Shown in pieces: positions 20,073 through 30,767 of a stretch of DNA of 64,000 nt. Numbering within the stretch: the first letter of the stretch is position 1; every line of letters begins with the position of its first letter. The notes beneath the pieces were generated by a model that saw only the letters and a list, made by a program, of their open reading frames with translations, was not told where the DNA came from and did not search any database. This DNA is from a virus. The position numbers and the translations under genes are program-made. The stretch is from positions 1 through 64,000 of IMG/VR virus record IMGVR_UViG_3300037234_000551; one strand, 5' to 3'.

Positions 20073-20411
20073 ATGGAATTAAGAAAACACCATTTCGTTA
20101 AGAAGGATTGGGGTAGTGAATTGTGGTTTGAAAACAATGAATCATACTGTGGAAAACTTTTGACAATTGAAAAAGGAAAATGGTCCTCAAAGGGAAAAAG
20201 ACATTATCATCCAGTAAAAGATGAAACCTTTTTTATTTTAAATGGAACTATTTTATTAGAAGTTGAGGGTGAAGCATTTGTATTGGGAGTTGGTCAATCT
20301 CATCGTATACTTCCAGGACAGATGCATAGATTTAAAGGTGTTACTGACTGTCAATTTATTGAGGTATCTACACCTCACAAAGATGAAGATTCAATAAGGG
20401 TGGAGAATTAG
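20073..20411 (+). CDS. cupin-domain protein (sugar isomerase-like)
   Basis: KDWGSELW, YCGKLL, HYHPVKDETF, HRF, EVST cupin motifs. Confidence 0.8.
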   Translation: MELRKHHFVKKDWGSELWFENNESYCGKLLTIEKGKWSSKGKRHYHPVKDETFFILNGTILLEVEGEAFVLGVGQSHRILPGQMHRFKGVTDCQFIEVSTPHKDEDSIRVEN

Positions 20412-23400
20412 ATGGCTATTTTTAAACTCGACAAAATGCGACCTTATACTCAAATTGCAACCGGTCTCCGATTCCCTCTTAAAAAGAAATTTATGCTTAT
20501 GTACTTTAGTGAGAATTCGAACTTTCTTGACGATTATCCAAAGTTGGGAATCAGACGAGTTGATGTTCGATATGCACTTGTTCCGGTTACAAAAATTCCT
20601 AGAACTAGACTGACCTCAGAAGTTAGAAAAGCATATAAGTCTTTGGGAATAATGTCGTATTCAACAAATATGAAATTTCCAGAGAATAGAAATATATACT
20701 ATGATCTATCACAATATTTAGTTGCAATTGATGAGGCATATAAACCAAAGAATTATAGACAAAGAGCTGGGTTTCTCATAAAGAATATTTTGTTTAAGTC
20801 TATTAATAGTCTTTCTCCTGAATATCAAAAAGTTTTTATGTATACTGTAGATGCAACTAAACCGATGAATCAGTTTCGTGATCGTAAAATATTTCCAATC
20901 CTTCAGATGATAAAGGCTGAAGGGGTGACATTTGATCATCTACTGTTTGGAACGATTGATGAGTCGAGTACGAAGTATCGTCTTTTAGTACAGAATAAAG
21001 AGTTTAACTATCAAAAGATGCTTACTTATATTAGGAAAGTTAAACCGATAGATATGGAGAGGGAGGAGCAGGAAAACATAAATACAGCAACAGATGTTGT
21101 TATGGCGAAAGTTTCCAAAGAGTTATCTCCTAAGAGTCAAACTAAAGTAAGAGATGCAGTCAAGACATTTTTTAATAGAGATAAAAAGGCTGCTGAAAAA
21201 GTTGTATCTAAAGAGATTAAAAAGGATGAGATGGAGCAGGTTGCTACTGCATCAATTTTATTTGATGTGAGTGGAGATTTGGATAAGTCCAAGAGGATTG
21301 CAAAATCAATTCCAAGAGAGAAAAGAATTGTTGCATTAAAGGCAGTAGATAAAGCATTTATTGATGAATTACTTAAACCTCAGCCAACAGTTAGCACCAC
21401 CGAAGATATTGTCGTTCAGACTTCTAATGTTCCAAAAATGGTTGATAATAAATCTCCTGAGCATCTTTTTCAGAAAAGACAGGTGGACTTTACGACTAAT
21501 TTGAAGAAAGACATGACGAATGTTTTCAGAACTCTTGAGAAGAAAGAAGTACCTATCAAGATTAAGTCTATAACGATAACTGATAAAGCAACTCGAAGGG
21601 GAGAATTAGATAAATCAGATATTAGTATTATAACTGTGGTACTTATTGATAATTTTGGGAATACTCATACAGTTGAAATGGAAATGCCGAAGATTGATCC
21701 TGCTTCTGGAACATTTAGAATTCATGGTAGAAGAAAATGTTTGATTAATCAAATGATTCAGAATCCCATTACTTTTCCAAAGGCACACGAGTCTAAATTT
21801 GAAAGTATTTATTCTCTGTTTCGTATATATAGTAAGAGAGGCAGGAAGAAGAGTTATCTTGAAATATTTATGACTTATCGACTTCCGTTTCTTGTAGTGT
21901 TATCTTTTGCTTTTGGTTTTAAAGAAACTATGAAATTGTATGGTGTCAAATATAATGTTGGCGAGACAAAGGTTATTAAGAAGACGGACTTTGGTGTGCG
22001 AGTTAATGAGACTCAGGCAGTATTTTTTGAGGGTGCTAATACTGAACTCAAAGAGGAATTGTGTCAATCTCTAATTCAAGCGAAACCTCATCTATATAAT
22101 GTTGAGGCACCATTTCCTGATAAGCAATATTGGAATAATTTAATTATTGCGATGACTGGTCGTATAGCTTCGACATTTTTGATTACCTCTAATGTGGAGA
22201 ATATTGTTGATCCAATTGCAAGACAAGTGCTTATGAATAAACAACTCCCGACTGATCTTCATATGATTATGAAGTATATGGCTATAGGAGTTATAGAGGG
22301 TCGTCTTGAAGATAGAAATGACTTATCTCACCAACGAATAAGAGCATCAGAGGTCCTTGCACACTTTGCTTTGAAACAAGTGCTTGCTGCATATACTGAA
22401 TATAAAGAGCAAGTTCTTGCCGGCAATACAAAAGCTGTTCTTAGGATTGTTCCACGTAAATTGTTGAGCGACTTTATAAATTCTCAAATAGTTGTTGATA
22501 TGGAATATGTCAATCCAATTGAAGAGATGGCAGTTATGACTAGGACCACTCCAATTGGTCGAAACATTGGTGGTATTCCAGATAAGAGAGCAATGCAGGG
22601 AGCTGCTCTTAATGTACATAAATCGTACTTTGGTAATGTTGATCCGTTGGATACGCCAGAGAGTGATAGTATTGGTATCACTCAGCATCTAACGGTTAAT
22701 GCTCTCATCACTTCGGCTAGAGGTTTATTTCAGACTAAAGCTGCTACCAATACTGAACACTCGGGTATGTTATCTGTTTCAAGTGCTATGATTCCATTCA
22801 TTGAAAATAATGATGGGGTTAGGATTATGATGGCGGCTAATCAATCTAGGCAAGCGGTGCCATTGAAGAACCCAGAAGCTCCTGATGTTCAGTCTGGTTA
22901 TGAGTCTATTCTACCTAATGTTTTATCAGATGTTTATGTAAAGAGGTCTCCTTGTGCAGGAAAGGTTAAATCAGTCACAGAAGATAGAATGGTAATTACT
23001 TGTAGTGCTGGAAGGGCACAAGGGATTGATCTTAGTCCGGTTCATCTTAGATCTGGAACTAGCAAGGATACTCTTAGTGTATTTAAACCCACTGTGAAAG
23101 CAGGCAAGACTGTCAGAAAGAATCAAATTGTTGCTGAGGGAAGTGCACTCGCTGGTGGAACTATGGCCTTGGGTCGAAGTCTCTTAACAGCAATGATGCC
23201 ATATAAAGGTTATAACTTTGAAGATGCAATAGTTATAAGTGATACTTTGGTGTCTGGAGATAAACTAACTTCGCTTCATGGATTGACTGAGGATGCTTTG
23301 ATTTCAAAGGATGATAGACTAATTAGTATTATTGATGTTGGAGCGAACACAAAGAAGGGGGAGCCTCTACTTCGGAGAACAATTGGCGAGATTGAAGAAT

Positions 23401-24503
23401 TACTAGGTTATGAAGAAGATGAAGGTGAGACTATAGCTGGTGGGGAATATACTCTCAAAAGCCCAGGCGGAAAGGTCGTTGAAATTGAAGTATTTTCAAA
23501 TGTTGGAGAAGCAAAATTTCCTACATTGAAAAGTTTAGTTGCAAGAACTAGAAAAAAGTATGGGGTAGCAGCGAAGGAGAAGTTCACTGTAAGAGGAGAA
23601 ACAATTAAGGGAGTTTTAGTAAGGTTCAAAATTGAACAAGAACTTCAAATTGGTCAGGGGGATAAACTCTGTAATCGTTTTGGTGGTAAGGGAATTGTAT
23701 CTCTTATTGAACCAGAGAGTGAGATGCCCCGAACTCCTTGGGGAGAAAGAGTTGAAATTATTCTGAATCCTTTGGGGATACTTGGTCGAATGAATATGGG
23801 GCAGTTATATGAATTATATTGTGGTTTAGTATCTAGGGAGTTAGCGAAGAGATTCCTTGAGATAAAGAAACAAGATCAAGTAGCTGCTTTGATGAAACGA
23901 GTTACAAATAAGTTGGATACATCAAAGAATAAAGAATACTCTAATGCTCTAGCTAACGGTATTAAAAGGTTGTCTCCTGCTAAGTTTAAGCAGATGTTAC
24001 AACAGATAAGTCAGAAGAAGGCTGTTCCTCTTATCATCCCTCCGTTCAAGGCACCTAGTCATAGAGAAATTCAAGCTGTTCTTAAGATGTTGAATTTGAA
24101 ACCTGGATATAAATTATTTATACCAGAATATAATACTAAGACTAAATCAGATGTTCCTGTTGGTTATATGTATATTTATAAACTTGAACATATTGGAGAT
24201 TTGAAAATTCATAGTCGAAGTACTGGTCCTGTGAAACCAAAGACTCTTCAACCAACTGCAGGTAAGAGAAGAGGTGGTGGCCAGAGAATGGGAGAAGCAG
24301 AAACATATTCTCTTATCTCATATAATTGTCCAGCTCTCCTTGCTGAAATGATGGGTCCTCTAAGTGATGATCATGTTACAAAGAATGAAATTGTTTCTGA
24401 AATTGTTCAGACTGGTGGTGCTGGATATAGAGAACCAAAGATAAATCCAGCTGGAGAAGTTCTTGAAAGTTACTTTACTGCTATGATGCTTTCTGGGAGA
24501 TAG
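20412..24503 (+). CDS. rpoB: DNA-directed RNA polymerase beta-like subunit (set 1) with long N-terminal extension
   Basis: DPLDTPES, PFIENNDGVRIMMAANQSRQAVPL, GYNFEDAI, GDKLCNRFGGKG, NPLGILGRMNMGQ, HSRSTGP..QPTAGKRRGGGQRMGEAE. Confidence 0.95.
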   Translation: MAIFKLDKMRPYTQIATGLRFPLKKKFMLMYFSENSNFLDDYPKLGIRRVDVRYALVPVTKIPRTRLTSEVRKAYKSLGIMSYSTNMKFPENRNIYYDLSQYLVAIDEAYKPKNYRQRAGFLIKNILFKSINSLSPEYQKVFMYTVDATKPMNQFRDRKIFPILQMIKAEGVTFDHLLFGTIDESSTKYRLLVQNKEFNYQKMLTYIRKVKPIDMEREEQENINTATDVVMAKVSKELSPKSQTKVRDAVKTFFNRDKKAAEKVVSKEIKKDEMEQVATASILFDVSGDLDKSKRIAKSIPREKRIVALKAVDKAFIDELLKPQPTVSTTEDIVVQTSNVPKMVDNKSPEHLFQKRQVDFTTNLKKDMTNVFRTLEKKEVPIKIKSITITDKATRRGELDKSDISIITVVLIDNFGNTHTVEMEMPKIDPASGTFRIHGRRKCLINQMIQNPITFPKAHESKFESIYSLFRIYSKRGRKKSYLEIFMTYRLPFLVVLSFAFGFKETMKLYGVKYNVGETKVIKKTDFGVRVNETQAVFFEGANTELKEELCQSLIQAKPHLYNVEAPFPDKQYWNNLIIAMTGRIASTFLITSNVENIVDPIARQVLMNKQLPTDLHMIMKYMAIGVIEGRLEDRNDLSHQRIRASEVLAHFALKQVLAAYTEYKEQVLAGNTKAVLRIVPRKLLSDFINSQIVVDMEYVNPIEEMAVMTRTTPIGRNIGGIPDKRAMQGAALNVHKSYFGNVDPLDTPESDSIGITQHLTVNALITSARGLFQTKAATNTEHSGMLSVSSAMIPFIENNDGVRIMMAANQSRQAVPLKNPEAPDVQSGYESILPNVLSDVYVKRSPCAGKVKSVTEDRMVITCSAGRAQGIDLSPVHLRSGTSKDTLSVFKPTVKAGKTVRKNQIVAEGSALAGGTMALGRSLLTAMMPYKGYNFEDAIVISDTLVSGDKLTSLHGLTEDALISKDDRLISIIDVGANTKKGEPLLRRTIGEIEELLGYEEDEGETIAGGEYTLKSPGGKVVEIEVFSNVGEAKFPTLKSLVARTRKKYGVAAKEKFTVRGETIKGVLVRFKIEQELQIGQGDKLCNRFGGKGIVSLIEPESEMPRTPWGERVEIILNPLGILGRMNMGQLYELYCGLVSRELAKRFLEIKKQDQVAALMKRVTNKLDTSKNKEYSNALANGIKRLSPAKFKQMLQQISQKKAVPLIIPPFKAPSHREIQAVLKMLNLKPGYKLFIPEYNTKTKSDVPVGYMYIYKLEHIGDLKIHSRSTGPVKPKTLQPTAGKRRGGGQRMGEAETYSLISYNCPALLAEMMGPLSDDHVTKNEIVSEIVQTGGAGYREPKINPAGEVLESYFTAMMLSGR

Positions 24504-24505
24504 TA

Positions 24506-25111
24506 ATGGCACATGATGCTAATCTTCAAATACTCACAGCATATGTTGATCCTGAACCTGAGGTCGATTCGGATATAACTCAATATGATTATACTGCGGA
24601 TAATATACTTAGGTATGATCTTCTAGAATTTTATGATGCCATTGGTAAGGAGGAATTCAAAGAAGTTTATCGAAATTTCATAACGGATATTAGACTTCGA
24701 TCCTTTGATGCCCAGCAGGCTCTCTGTGAGAAGATTATAAAGAGAGTATTGGAGATATATGATTTTGAGTTTCCTGAACGAGTTGAATTAGAAAATCAAT
24801 ATCATTTTGATGAGGTTTATAAGTTAGTTAAGTTTACAGAATTTGATAATATTGACTTTATTGGAGATGTTTGGAAGTATTTGAAGGTGGATCCAAGAGG
24901 AGTTAATGTTGAACAGTACTGCTATGATAAGGGTACTGAAATTGTTGAAGCTATTACAAATCAGATTGAAACTTATGACTCTGAGCAGTTATTTGCTATA
25001 TTTCTTAGAACATATATAAAAGACAAACTGATCAAGTGGTTTATCGAAGCTAGTGAAAAGAACAAGTCGTTAATTTCATTGAGAATGATTGAAGGAGAGA
25101 TTAATGGATAA
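24506..25111 (+). CDS. hypothetical acidic protein
   Basis: 201-aa ORF immediately after the RNAP beta gene. Confidence 0.6.
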   Translation: MAHDANLQILTAYVDPEPEVDSDITQYDYTADNILRYDLLEFYDAIGKEEFKEVYRNFITDIRLRSFDAQQALCEKIIKRVLEIYDFEFPERVELENQYHFDEVYKLVKFTEFDNIDFIGDVWKYLKVDPRGVNVEQYCYDKGTEIVEAITNQIETYDSEQLFAIFLRTYIKDKLIKWFIEASEKNKSLISLRMIEGEING

Positions 25112-25355
25112 GATCAGTGTTATAAAAGGTACGGTTGTTATCGAGTGTGCGAGAACAGATTTGATTGGAGTCGATCAAACTCCAGATGGAGTTGTGTTTA
25201 CACTAAAGGGCGGACTACTCCTCCATGTGACTGACACCGATATGCCAATTCATACGAAAGACATAATGAAGAACGCTGGGGATAGTTTTCAAAAGGGTCA
25301 TCTTAAGTTCAATCTTGAAAGTTATAATACTCCAACGTCTCTCGACCTCCTGTAA
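25104..25355 (+). CDS. hypothetical protein
   Basis: AAGGAG RBS before ATG 25104. Confidence 0.55.
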   Translation: MDKISVIKGTVVIECARTDLIGVDQTPDGVVFTLKGGLLLHVTDTDMPIHTKDIMKNAGDSFQKGHLKFNLESYNTPTSLDLL

Positions 25356-25552
25356 TTTTTTTGGCAATAGACTACCTTCTATATATATTAATTTGTAGAA
25401 GGGTAGTGATTGTTGACTTTTTACATTAGGTGTATTTCACAATAATATACCCCCTTTCATAGAAGACAATTTTCTGGTTGGCATTCGCTACCCTTTTTTA
25501 ATTGTTTAACCGAGCATGTAAGACACTTGGGAGGGCTGCATTTGCGGTTCGT

Positions 25553-25590
25553 TGAGTTTACTCACTTGGGGTGAGTTTATTCACTTGGGT
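25553..25590. repeat. tandem 19-bp repeat with palindromic core (possible operator sites)
   Basis: TGAGTTTACTCACTTGGGG TGAGTTTATTCACTTGGGT in a ~340-bp intergenic gap. Confidence 0.55.
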
Positions 25591-25695
25591 GCATTGCTCA
25601 CAAATAGAAATCAAATAAAACTCAAGTAAAACCCAACTGAAGTTTTCTTGAGTATAGGAAATTTCCGTTGGCAGAAAGGAGGATGCAAGGGGAGG

Positions 25696-25920
25696 ATGAA
25701 AGGTAAAGACTTTTTAGTACCTGGTGACTATGTTGAGAAAGTGTGTAAACTGGGCAAGGGAGAGGAAACCTGTAGGTACCTGATAGTTGGTAGTGGTGGG
25801 TTTGAGTGTGGAAAAGATAGTGGATTTCAAGAAAAGATCGACAAAAATTTTGAGCAGGGAATTATGGTAGCTACAGGTGATAACTGCACAGGAATCACAA
25901 ATGTTACAGGAGCTGCATGA
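25696..25920 (+). CDS. small Cys-containing hypothetical protein
   Basis: GGAGG RBS; VCKLG.GEETCRYL...FEC...GDNC. Confidence 0.55.
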   Translation: MKGKDFLVPGDYVEKVCKLGKGEETCRYLIVGSGGFECGKDSGFQEKIDKNFEQGIMVATGDNCTGITNVTGAA

Positions 25921-26174
25921 TGTGGCCATTTGAATGTGGTATTGTCAGACACAAATTTAGACCAAGGTTCTCTTACAGTTTTCCGGAGAAATTGGAGTTG
26001 GCTACGTTAACAGATCTAATTGTAAAGTTAGGAGGTCAGAGAGAAGCAAATGGTATGCCCCTTATGGCAGGGGAAGTTGGAGTAGTTGTTAAGTCTTTTC
26101 TAAACCGAAACTACATCTATGACATCTGTGAGAAATGTGGAGAAATAAGAGATGAAAGGAGTGAGAACACTTAA
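25917..26174 (+). CDS. small Zn-ribbon-like hypothetical protein
   Basis: C...HKF...ICEKCG; ATGA overlap. Confidence 0.5.
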   Translation: MMWPFECGIVRHKFRPRFSYSFPEKLELATLTDLIVKLGGQREANGMPLMAGEVGVVVKSFLNRNYIYDICEKCGEIRDERSENT

Positions 26175-26449
26175 GATCGCAGATTTATGTTTTTCTCCTA
26201 GTGCGCACAGTCAAATTACCGTAAGGCAGAATGATGTTAACTATGTACATACCAAACTCCTGATTTGGAGCTTTTACTTTGTGGTGGGCGTATGGATAAG
26301 TTAATCCGCAGGGTAAAAAATCGAATTATTGACAAGATTAACAAAAGTGAGGATCTAAAGAAAGTCCTCCAAACTGCCCGTTTGTGGAGAGTTAGAGTTC
26401 CGAAACAGTTAAAGAAAGATATTGAAGAAAAGTAGATTAGCATGGCTAC

Positions 26450-26555
26450 GTCGATCGCTCGACTGCTAGCATCGCTGATTTACTCACTTACCCGATAATA
26501 ATAATAAGGGATAAATAGTGAGTAGATTAGCGATGCTAGCAGTCGAGTGATCGAC
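26450..26555 (+). repeat. 39-bp inverted repeat (long RNA hairpin)
   Basis: Arms 26450-26488 and 26517-26555; the three non-Watson-Crick positions are all G-U pairs on the + strand. Confidence 0.85.
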
Positions 26556-26602
26556 AACTCGGGGTTAACTCTTTTTGTTTTTGGATAAGGAGTCGTGACG
26601 GT

Positions 26603-27178
26603 ATGTTTAAAACCATGTCTGCCGAGAAGTTTGTTGAGCGACTAAATGTTGATGTCTACCCGATTACCGTCGTCAAGTTTCTGTTGAATAAGAGGAAAAT
26701 ACTGTATTACTTCTCGAAAGCTGCAGATAAAAATTTCGAGATTCGAGGAATTAAATATCAGGTTGATAACTCGATTTGCGAACCATGCAATTCGAAAGAT
26801 GACGGAGTCCTTTGTAGACAACATACTTCGATTCAACGAGTAATAGATTCTGAGAGGGTCGCATTTGACGTTGATACGAACTGTTATTTCTTTAAGAATG
26901 AGATCTTCAGAAGGGTCGGTGAAAGAGTAGTAATAGTCTATTGCCCTCACCCTAAGTTGATTGCAGGAGATATAACAGACGAGAAGGTTAGAAAAGTTAA
27001 TCCAGTTACTATCGAAGACGAAGCAATGGAAATACCCGAATTTAAAGAGATTAATAAGTTCATCTCTAGCGATCTTCTAGACCAGCATGTAAAATGTTGG
27101 TTCAATGATGAATTCTCAATTATTACAGTTCCGGAGGATAGAAATTCATCGAATTGGTGTTTGATTTCAAACAAATAG
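26603..27178 (+). CDS. hypothetical protein (Cys/His possible metal site)
   Basis: TAAGGAG RBS; CEPC...LCRQH. Confidence 0.6.
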   Translation: MFKTMSAEKFVERLNVDVYPITVVKFLLNKRKILYYFSKAADKNFEIRGIKYQVDNSICEPCNSKDDGVLCRQHTSIQRVIDSERVAFDVDTNCYFFKNEIFRRVGERVVIVYCPHPKLIAGDITDEKVRKVNPVTIEDEAMEIPEFKEINKFISSDLLDQHVKCWFNDEFSIITVPEDRNSSNWCLISNK

Positions 27179-27191
27179 GAGGATTACTAAG

Positions 27192-28130
27192 ATGAGCGGT
27201 ATCGAAGAATATGAAGGTTTAGCAGAAGCTGGCTATGAATCAAGACAACCAGTTAGTCCGGAGGACGAGTTCTACCACTCTATTTATGTCGCAGGTCAGT
27301 CGAGAAAAAATCAAAGTGGTGTTCAAGAGGAAGCAGGAAAGTTACAGGTTAGAGGTGTTGAGTATAACCTTGGAAAGGCCTACATGATTATAACTCATGT
27401 TAAGGCACTTCTTGCAAAGATAGATAGAGATCCCTCAGGTCGTGAAAGTGTCAAGTGTTTCTCGTATCAGCAAGGAGATCCGCCTTGGTATGGAACGTCT
27501 GGAGTCAAGTGTGGTATAAACTCAGCAGAACGAGCAGCTGCTGATTTCTGTAATCCCTGTCGAGCACAACTAGTTGTTGGTGGTATATATTGTGATGCCC
27601 AAGGCAATCCAGTAGTGGACAAGGAAAAGAAGCCGACATTTGTCTTTATTCGTGGTAAAGGGATGAAGTACTCTAGAGTTGCGGATTATATAAACAATCT
27701 GCAAAGCGATGACTTCGAACCTATATTTACTCCAGTTACCGATGAGTCGAAAAGATTCGAGAAGATTCATGTTAATAACAAGAGATTTGTTACGGAAATT
27801 GGAGTTGCAACCGAGGAGTCCAATTGGGGTCCAAGGCAAGTATTTGATTTAAGTCGAGGAGTCCAGCTGTCAAATGAGACAGTTATGAATGTACTTCGTA
27901 TAACAAAGAAAACTCTTGATAAGTTTAATGAAAAGTTTGACTGGTCAAGGGGTAAACAGGTGAGTGGTTACGCTGAAACGGCAGCTGTCCCACCAGAACA
28001 GCAGATTCCTGAAGTCACGCCTCCACCTGAGGCGGCGGAACAACCAGCTGCACAATCTACTGAACAACCTGTACAACCTACACAAACTGAACCAGCAAAA
28101 CAATTTACTTTTGACGATATTGATTTTTAA
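27192..28130 (+). CDS. probable single-stranded DNA-binding protein
   Basis: Cys cluster, Pro/Gln/Glu-rich linker and acidic-aromatic C-terminal tip FTFDDIDF typical of phage SSBs. Confidence 0.5.
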   Translation: MSGIEEYEGLAEAGYESRQPVSPEDEFYHSIYVAGQSRKNQSGVQEEAGKLQVRGVEYNLGKAYMIITHVKALLAKIDRDPSGRESVKCFSYQQGDPPWYGTSGVKCGINSAERAAADFCNPCRAQLVVGGIYCDAQGNPVVDKEKKPTFVFIRGKGMKYSRVADYINNLQSDDFEPIFTPVTDESKRFEKIHVNNKRFVTEIGVATEESNWGPRQVFDLSRGVQLSNETVMNVLRITKKTLDKFNEKFDWSRGKQVSGYAETAAVPPEQQIPEVTPPPEAAEQPAAQSTEQPVQPTQTEPAKQFTFDDIDF

Positions 28131-28199
28131 TTAAACTTGGTATTTTGGAACATTGAGACAATTACAAATGCCTATAGTACATCTCGAAGGGAGTATAGG

Positions 28200-29414
28200 A
28201 TGAGCGAAGGTCAGGAGGCACAAAAGTATTTTGAAAGGTTGAATATCGCGGTTCTGAGTATCAATCGAATCAAGGAACTGGTTAAAACTCACATTCTAAA
28301 TGTCATGGCCTGTTGGGACCAAGGAAAGGATGTTTTAAAGCAGGCCTTTCACATACTTGGCCCGGCGGGCGTTGGGAAGACTGAAATCTGTTTGCAGATT
28401 AGCGATGAATTAACCAAGGAGACTGGAAAGCAGTTTGACCAAATTAAAATCCAGTGTCCCGTGCTTTCGAGAGATGATTTTTTGATTCCATTTCCGGTGA
28501 CAAGGGATGGGGAGCAGAGGTTCAAAATGTTGTACTCTGATTTTATTCCTACTGATCCGGATAGTTTTGGAATCTATATAATTGATGAGTTCTCAAGGGG
28601 TGATCACAATTTACAGCAACTTCTCTGGCAAGTACAGAATGAGAACAAAATCCATCTGTTTCCTTTCCCAAAAGGATGGTTTGTTATTTCTCTGGATAAT
28701 CCAGATGATGCTGAATATAGTGTTGATCAACTTGAGGATGCTGCAGGATTAAGGAGGATGTTACACTTATATGTTGAAGTATCTCCACAAGATTTTCTAA
28801 ACCATGCAATTGCGAATGGTTTTCACTCTTTAACAGTTGAGTTTATTCAGTCACATCCTGACTACCTTTATGATTTTGACGCACAGAAAAGAGGTAGCGT
28901 CTATGCGAACCCTGCGAGTTATGAGAGGGTATCAAACCTTCTATGGGGTTATGAAGCAAGGGGTGGAATATCTGCTAGCCACAATGAACTTGACTATCTA
29001 ATCTCTGGTTTGTTGAATGTGAATATGACTCGTTTATTCATGGAGTTTGCTAGAGAAAGAAAGGATATCAATCCGAGGGATGTCTTTAGTGATTATCCTA
29101 AAGTCAGGAAACAGGTGAGACAATATGTGAAAGAGCAAAATAATGCCAAACTTGGAGAACTGATGGTGGCGTTTACCACATTTGTTTCAACTTCAAGACC
29201 TGACTATACAGTTAAAGAGCAAAGAAACATTGTTGCTTTTCTGACAGACATCCCGATAGATACTGCTGCTCTTTTCGTATCTCAGGTTGACAATTTTAGT
29301 AGGACGTCTGATGAGTTTCGTTATATAACAAAACTCCATACTGATCTGATGAAGTTGTCTGAGAGATATAGAAAAGACTTTTATGAACCAATTGTTACAG
29401 TCGGAAAGGGCTAA
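28200..29414 (+). CDS. MoxR-like AAA+ ATPase
   Basis: Walker A GPAGVGKT, Walker B IIDEFSR, DNP, LRRM arginine finger, NPASYE. Confidence 0.85.
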   Translation: MSEGQEAQKYFERLNIAVLSINRIKELVKTHILNVMACWDQGKDVLKQAFHILGPAGVGKTEICLQISDELTKETGKQFDQIKIQCPVLSRDDFLIPFPVTRDGEQRFKMLYSDFIPTDPDSFGIYIIDEFSRGDHNLQQLLWQVQNENKIHLFPFPKGWFVISLDNPDDAEYSVDQLEDAAGLRRMLHLYVEVSPQDFLNHAIANGFHSLTVEFIQSHPDYLYDFDAQKRGSVYANPASYERVSNLLWGYEARGGISASHNELDYLISGLLNVNMTRLFMEFARERKDINPRDVFSDYPKVRKQVRQYVKEQNNAKLGELMVAFTTFVSTSRPDYTVKEQRNIVAFLTDIPIDTAALFVSQVDNFSRTSDEFRYITKLHTDLMKLSERYRKDFYEPIVTVGKG

Positions 29415-29416
29415 AT

Positions 29417-30766
29417 ATGACCCCAGATGAGAGATTAAAACAACTGGTCGCTAAGATGGTCTTGGGGAACTCATATTGGGGTTACTTGTTCTCGAGGCTA
29501 GCGAGAAGGTCGACTAAGGGCCTCCCATCTATTATGGGTGTTGCTCCAGAACACGATGGGATGATCGCACTATATTACCAACCAGAATTAGTGGATGTAG
29601 CAAGTGATGATGTTCTCATGCTCGTTTTGGAGCATGAAGGGATGCACGTACTTAATAAGCATATTCCAAGGTTGATAAGAATGTTAGCGAATGAGTTGAA
29701 TGAAAAACGCAAACCAATGAAAAGTCAAATTTGGAATATTGCTGCCGACTGTTGTGTTAATACACAAATGAGTATGCCCAAAGAAGTGATGGTAGGCGAC
29801 ACGAAAGTTTATCCTCAATTTCCTGATGATCATAAATTGCCACCGGACAAGATCACTGAACACTATTTTAACTTGTTGATGAAAAGAGTTAAGGAGATTC
29901 AGTGTCCTCAATGTGGGGCATCTGGGGAAGGTCTTGGTCAGTCCGAGAAAGGTGAGGGTGGTCAGCAGGAACCGGAACAAGTGACTTGTCCTAATTGTGC
30001 CGGTGGAGGTGAGATGCAACTAGATGATCACACTCCCTGGACAAAAAATTTGGAAGGAGTTACTGACCTTAGTTCCCTCTCAAGAAAAATAGACACCAAT
30101 GTTGGAAATGTCATTAGAGAGGCAGTTAAGAATTTTAACAAAAGGAGAGGTACTCTTCCATCTCATGTTCAGGATTTAATCGAAGAGGCTCTTAGACCTC
30201 CAAAGGCACCATATTACGAGATTATCAGGAGACTTGTTCGAGGATCTCGTTTGTCTAAATTTCGGAGATCTCCTACAAGAATTAACAGAAAGAGGGCGTA
30301 CCTGTTTACCCTTTCAGATGATGGTAGTCCAGTATTTTCACCATTTCCCGGAAAGAAGAGAGACTACTCCTTCTATATCTCTTTGATAATTGACACATCA
30401 GGTAGTATGTCAGTAGATGAAATTCTTGATGCTCTGTCTGCTTGTGGAAGTATTATGGAAAAGGATCGTCACACAAGAGTTGTGGTTCTTGAGTGTGATG
30501 CAATACTTCAGAAAGAGTATGAAGTAAAGAAACTTCGTGACATACAGTTTAAAGTAAAAGGTAGAGGGGGTACAGCAATGGCTCCAGCTCTCAAACGAGC
30601 AAGGGAGTTGGGAACAGATGTTACTCTTGGTTTCACAGATGGATATACAGAGGATATAAATGCTCTACCACGGAAAATGTTACCAAAGAAACTCATTTGG
30701 TGTGTACCAGAAGCGAGAGGCAACATTGATTTACTGAATCGAACTGGTTACATTGTGAGGATCTAA
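29417..30766 (+). CDS. DUF2201-type metallopeptidase / VWA domain protein
   Basis: HEGMH (HExxH), WNIAAD..VN, MIDAS DTSGS, GRGGT, FTDGY; partner of the upstream AAA ATPase. Confidence 0.85.
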   Translation: MTPDERLKQLVAKMVLGNSYWGYLFSRLARRSTKGLPSIMGVAPEHDGMIALYYQPELVDVASDDVLMLVLEHEGMHVLNKHIPRLIRMLANELNEKRKPMKSQIWNIAADCCVNTQMSMPKEVMVGDTKVYPQFPDDHKLPPDKITEHYFNLLMKRVKEIQCPQCGASGEGLGQSEKGEGGQQEPEQVTCPNCAGGGEMQLDDHTPWTKNLEGVTDLSSLSRKIDTNVGNVIREAVKNFNKRRGTLPSHVQDLIEEALRPPKAPYYEIIRRLVRGSRLSKFRRSPTRINRKRAYLFTLSDDGSPVFSPFPGKKRDYSFYISLIIDTSGSMSVDEILDALSACGSIMEKDRHTRVVVLECDAILQKEYEVKKLRDIQFKVKGRGGTAMAPALKRARELGTDVTLGFTDGYTEDINALPRKMLPKKLIWCVPEARGNIDLLNRTGYIVRI

Positions 30767-30767
30767 C

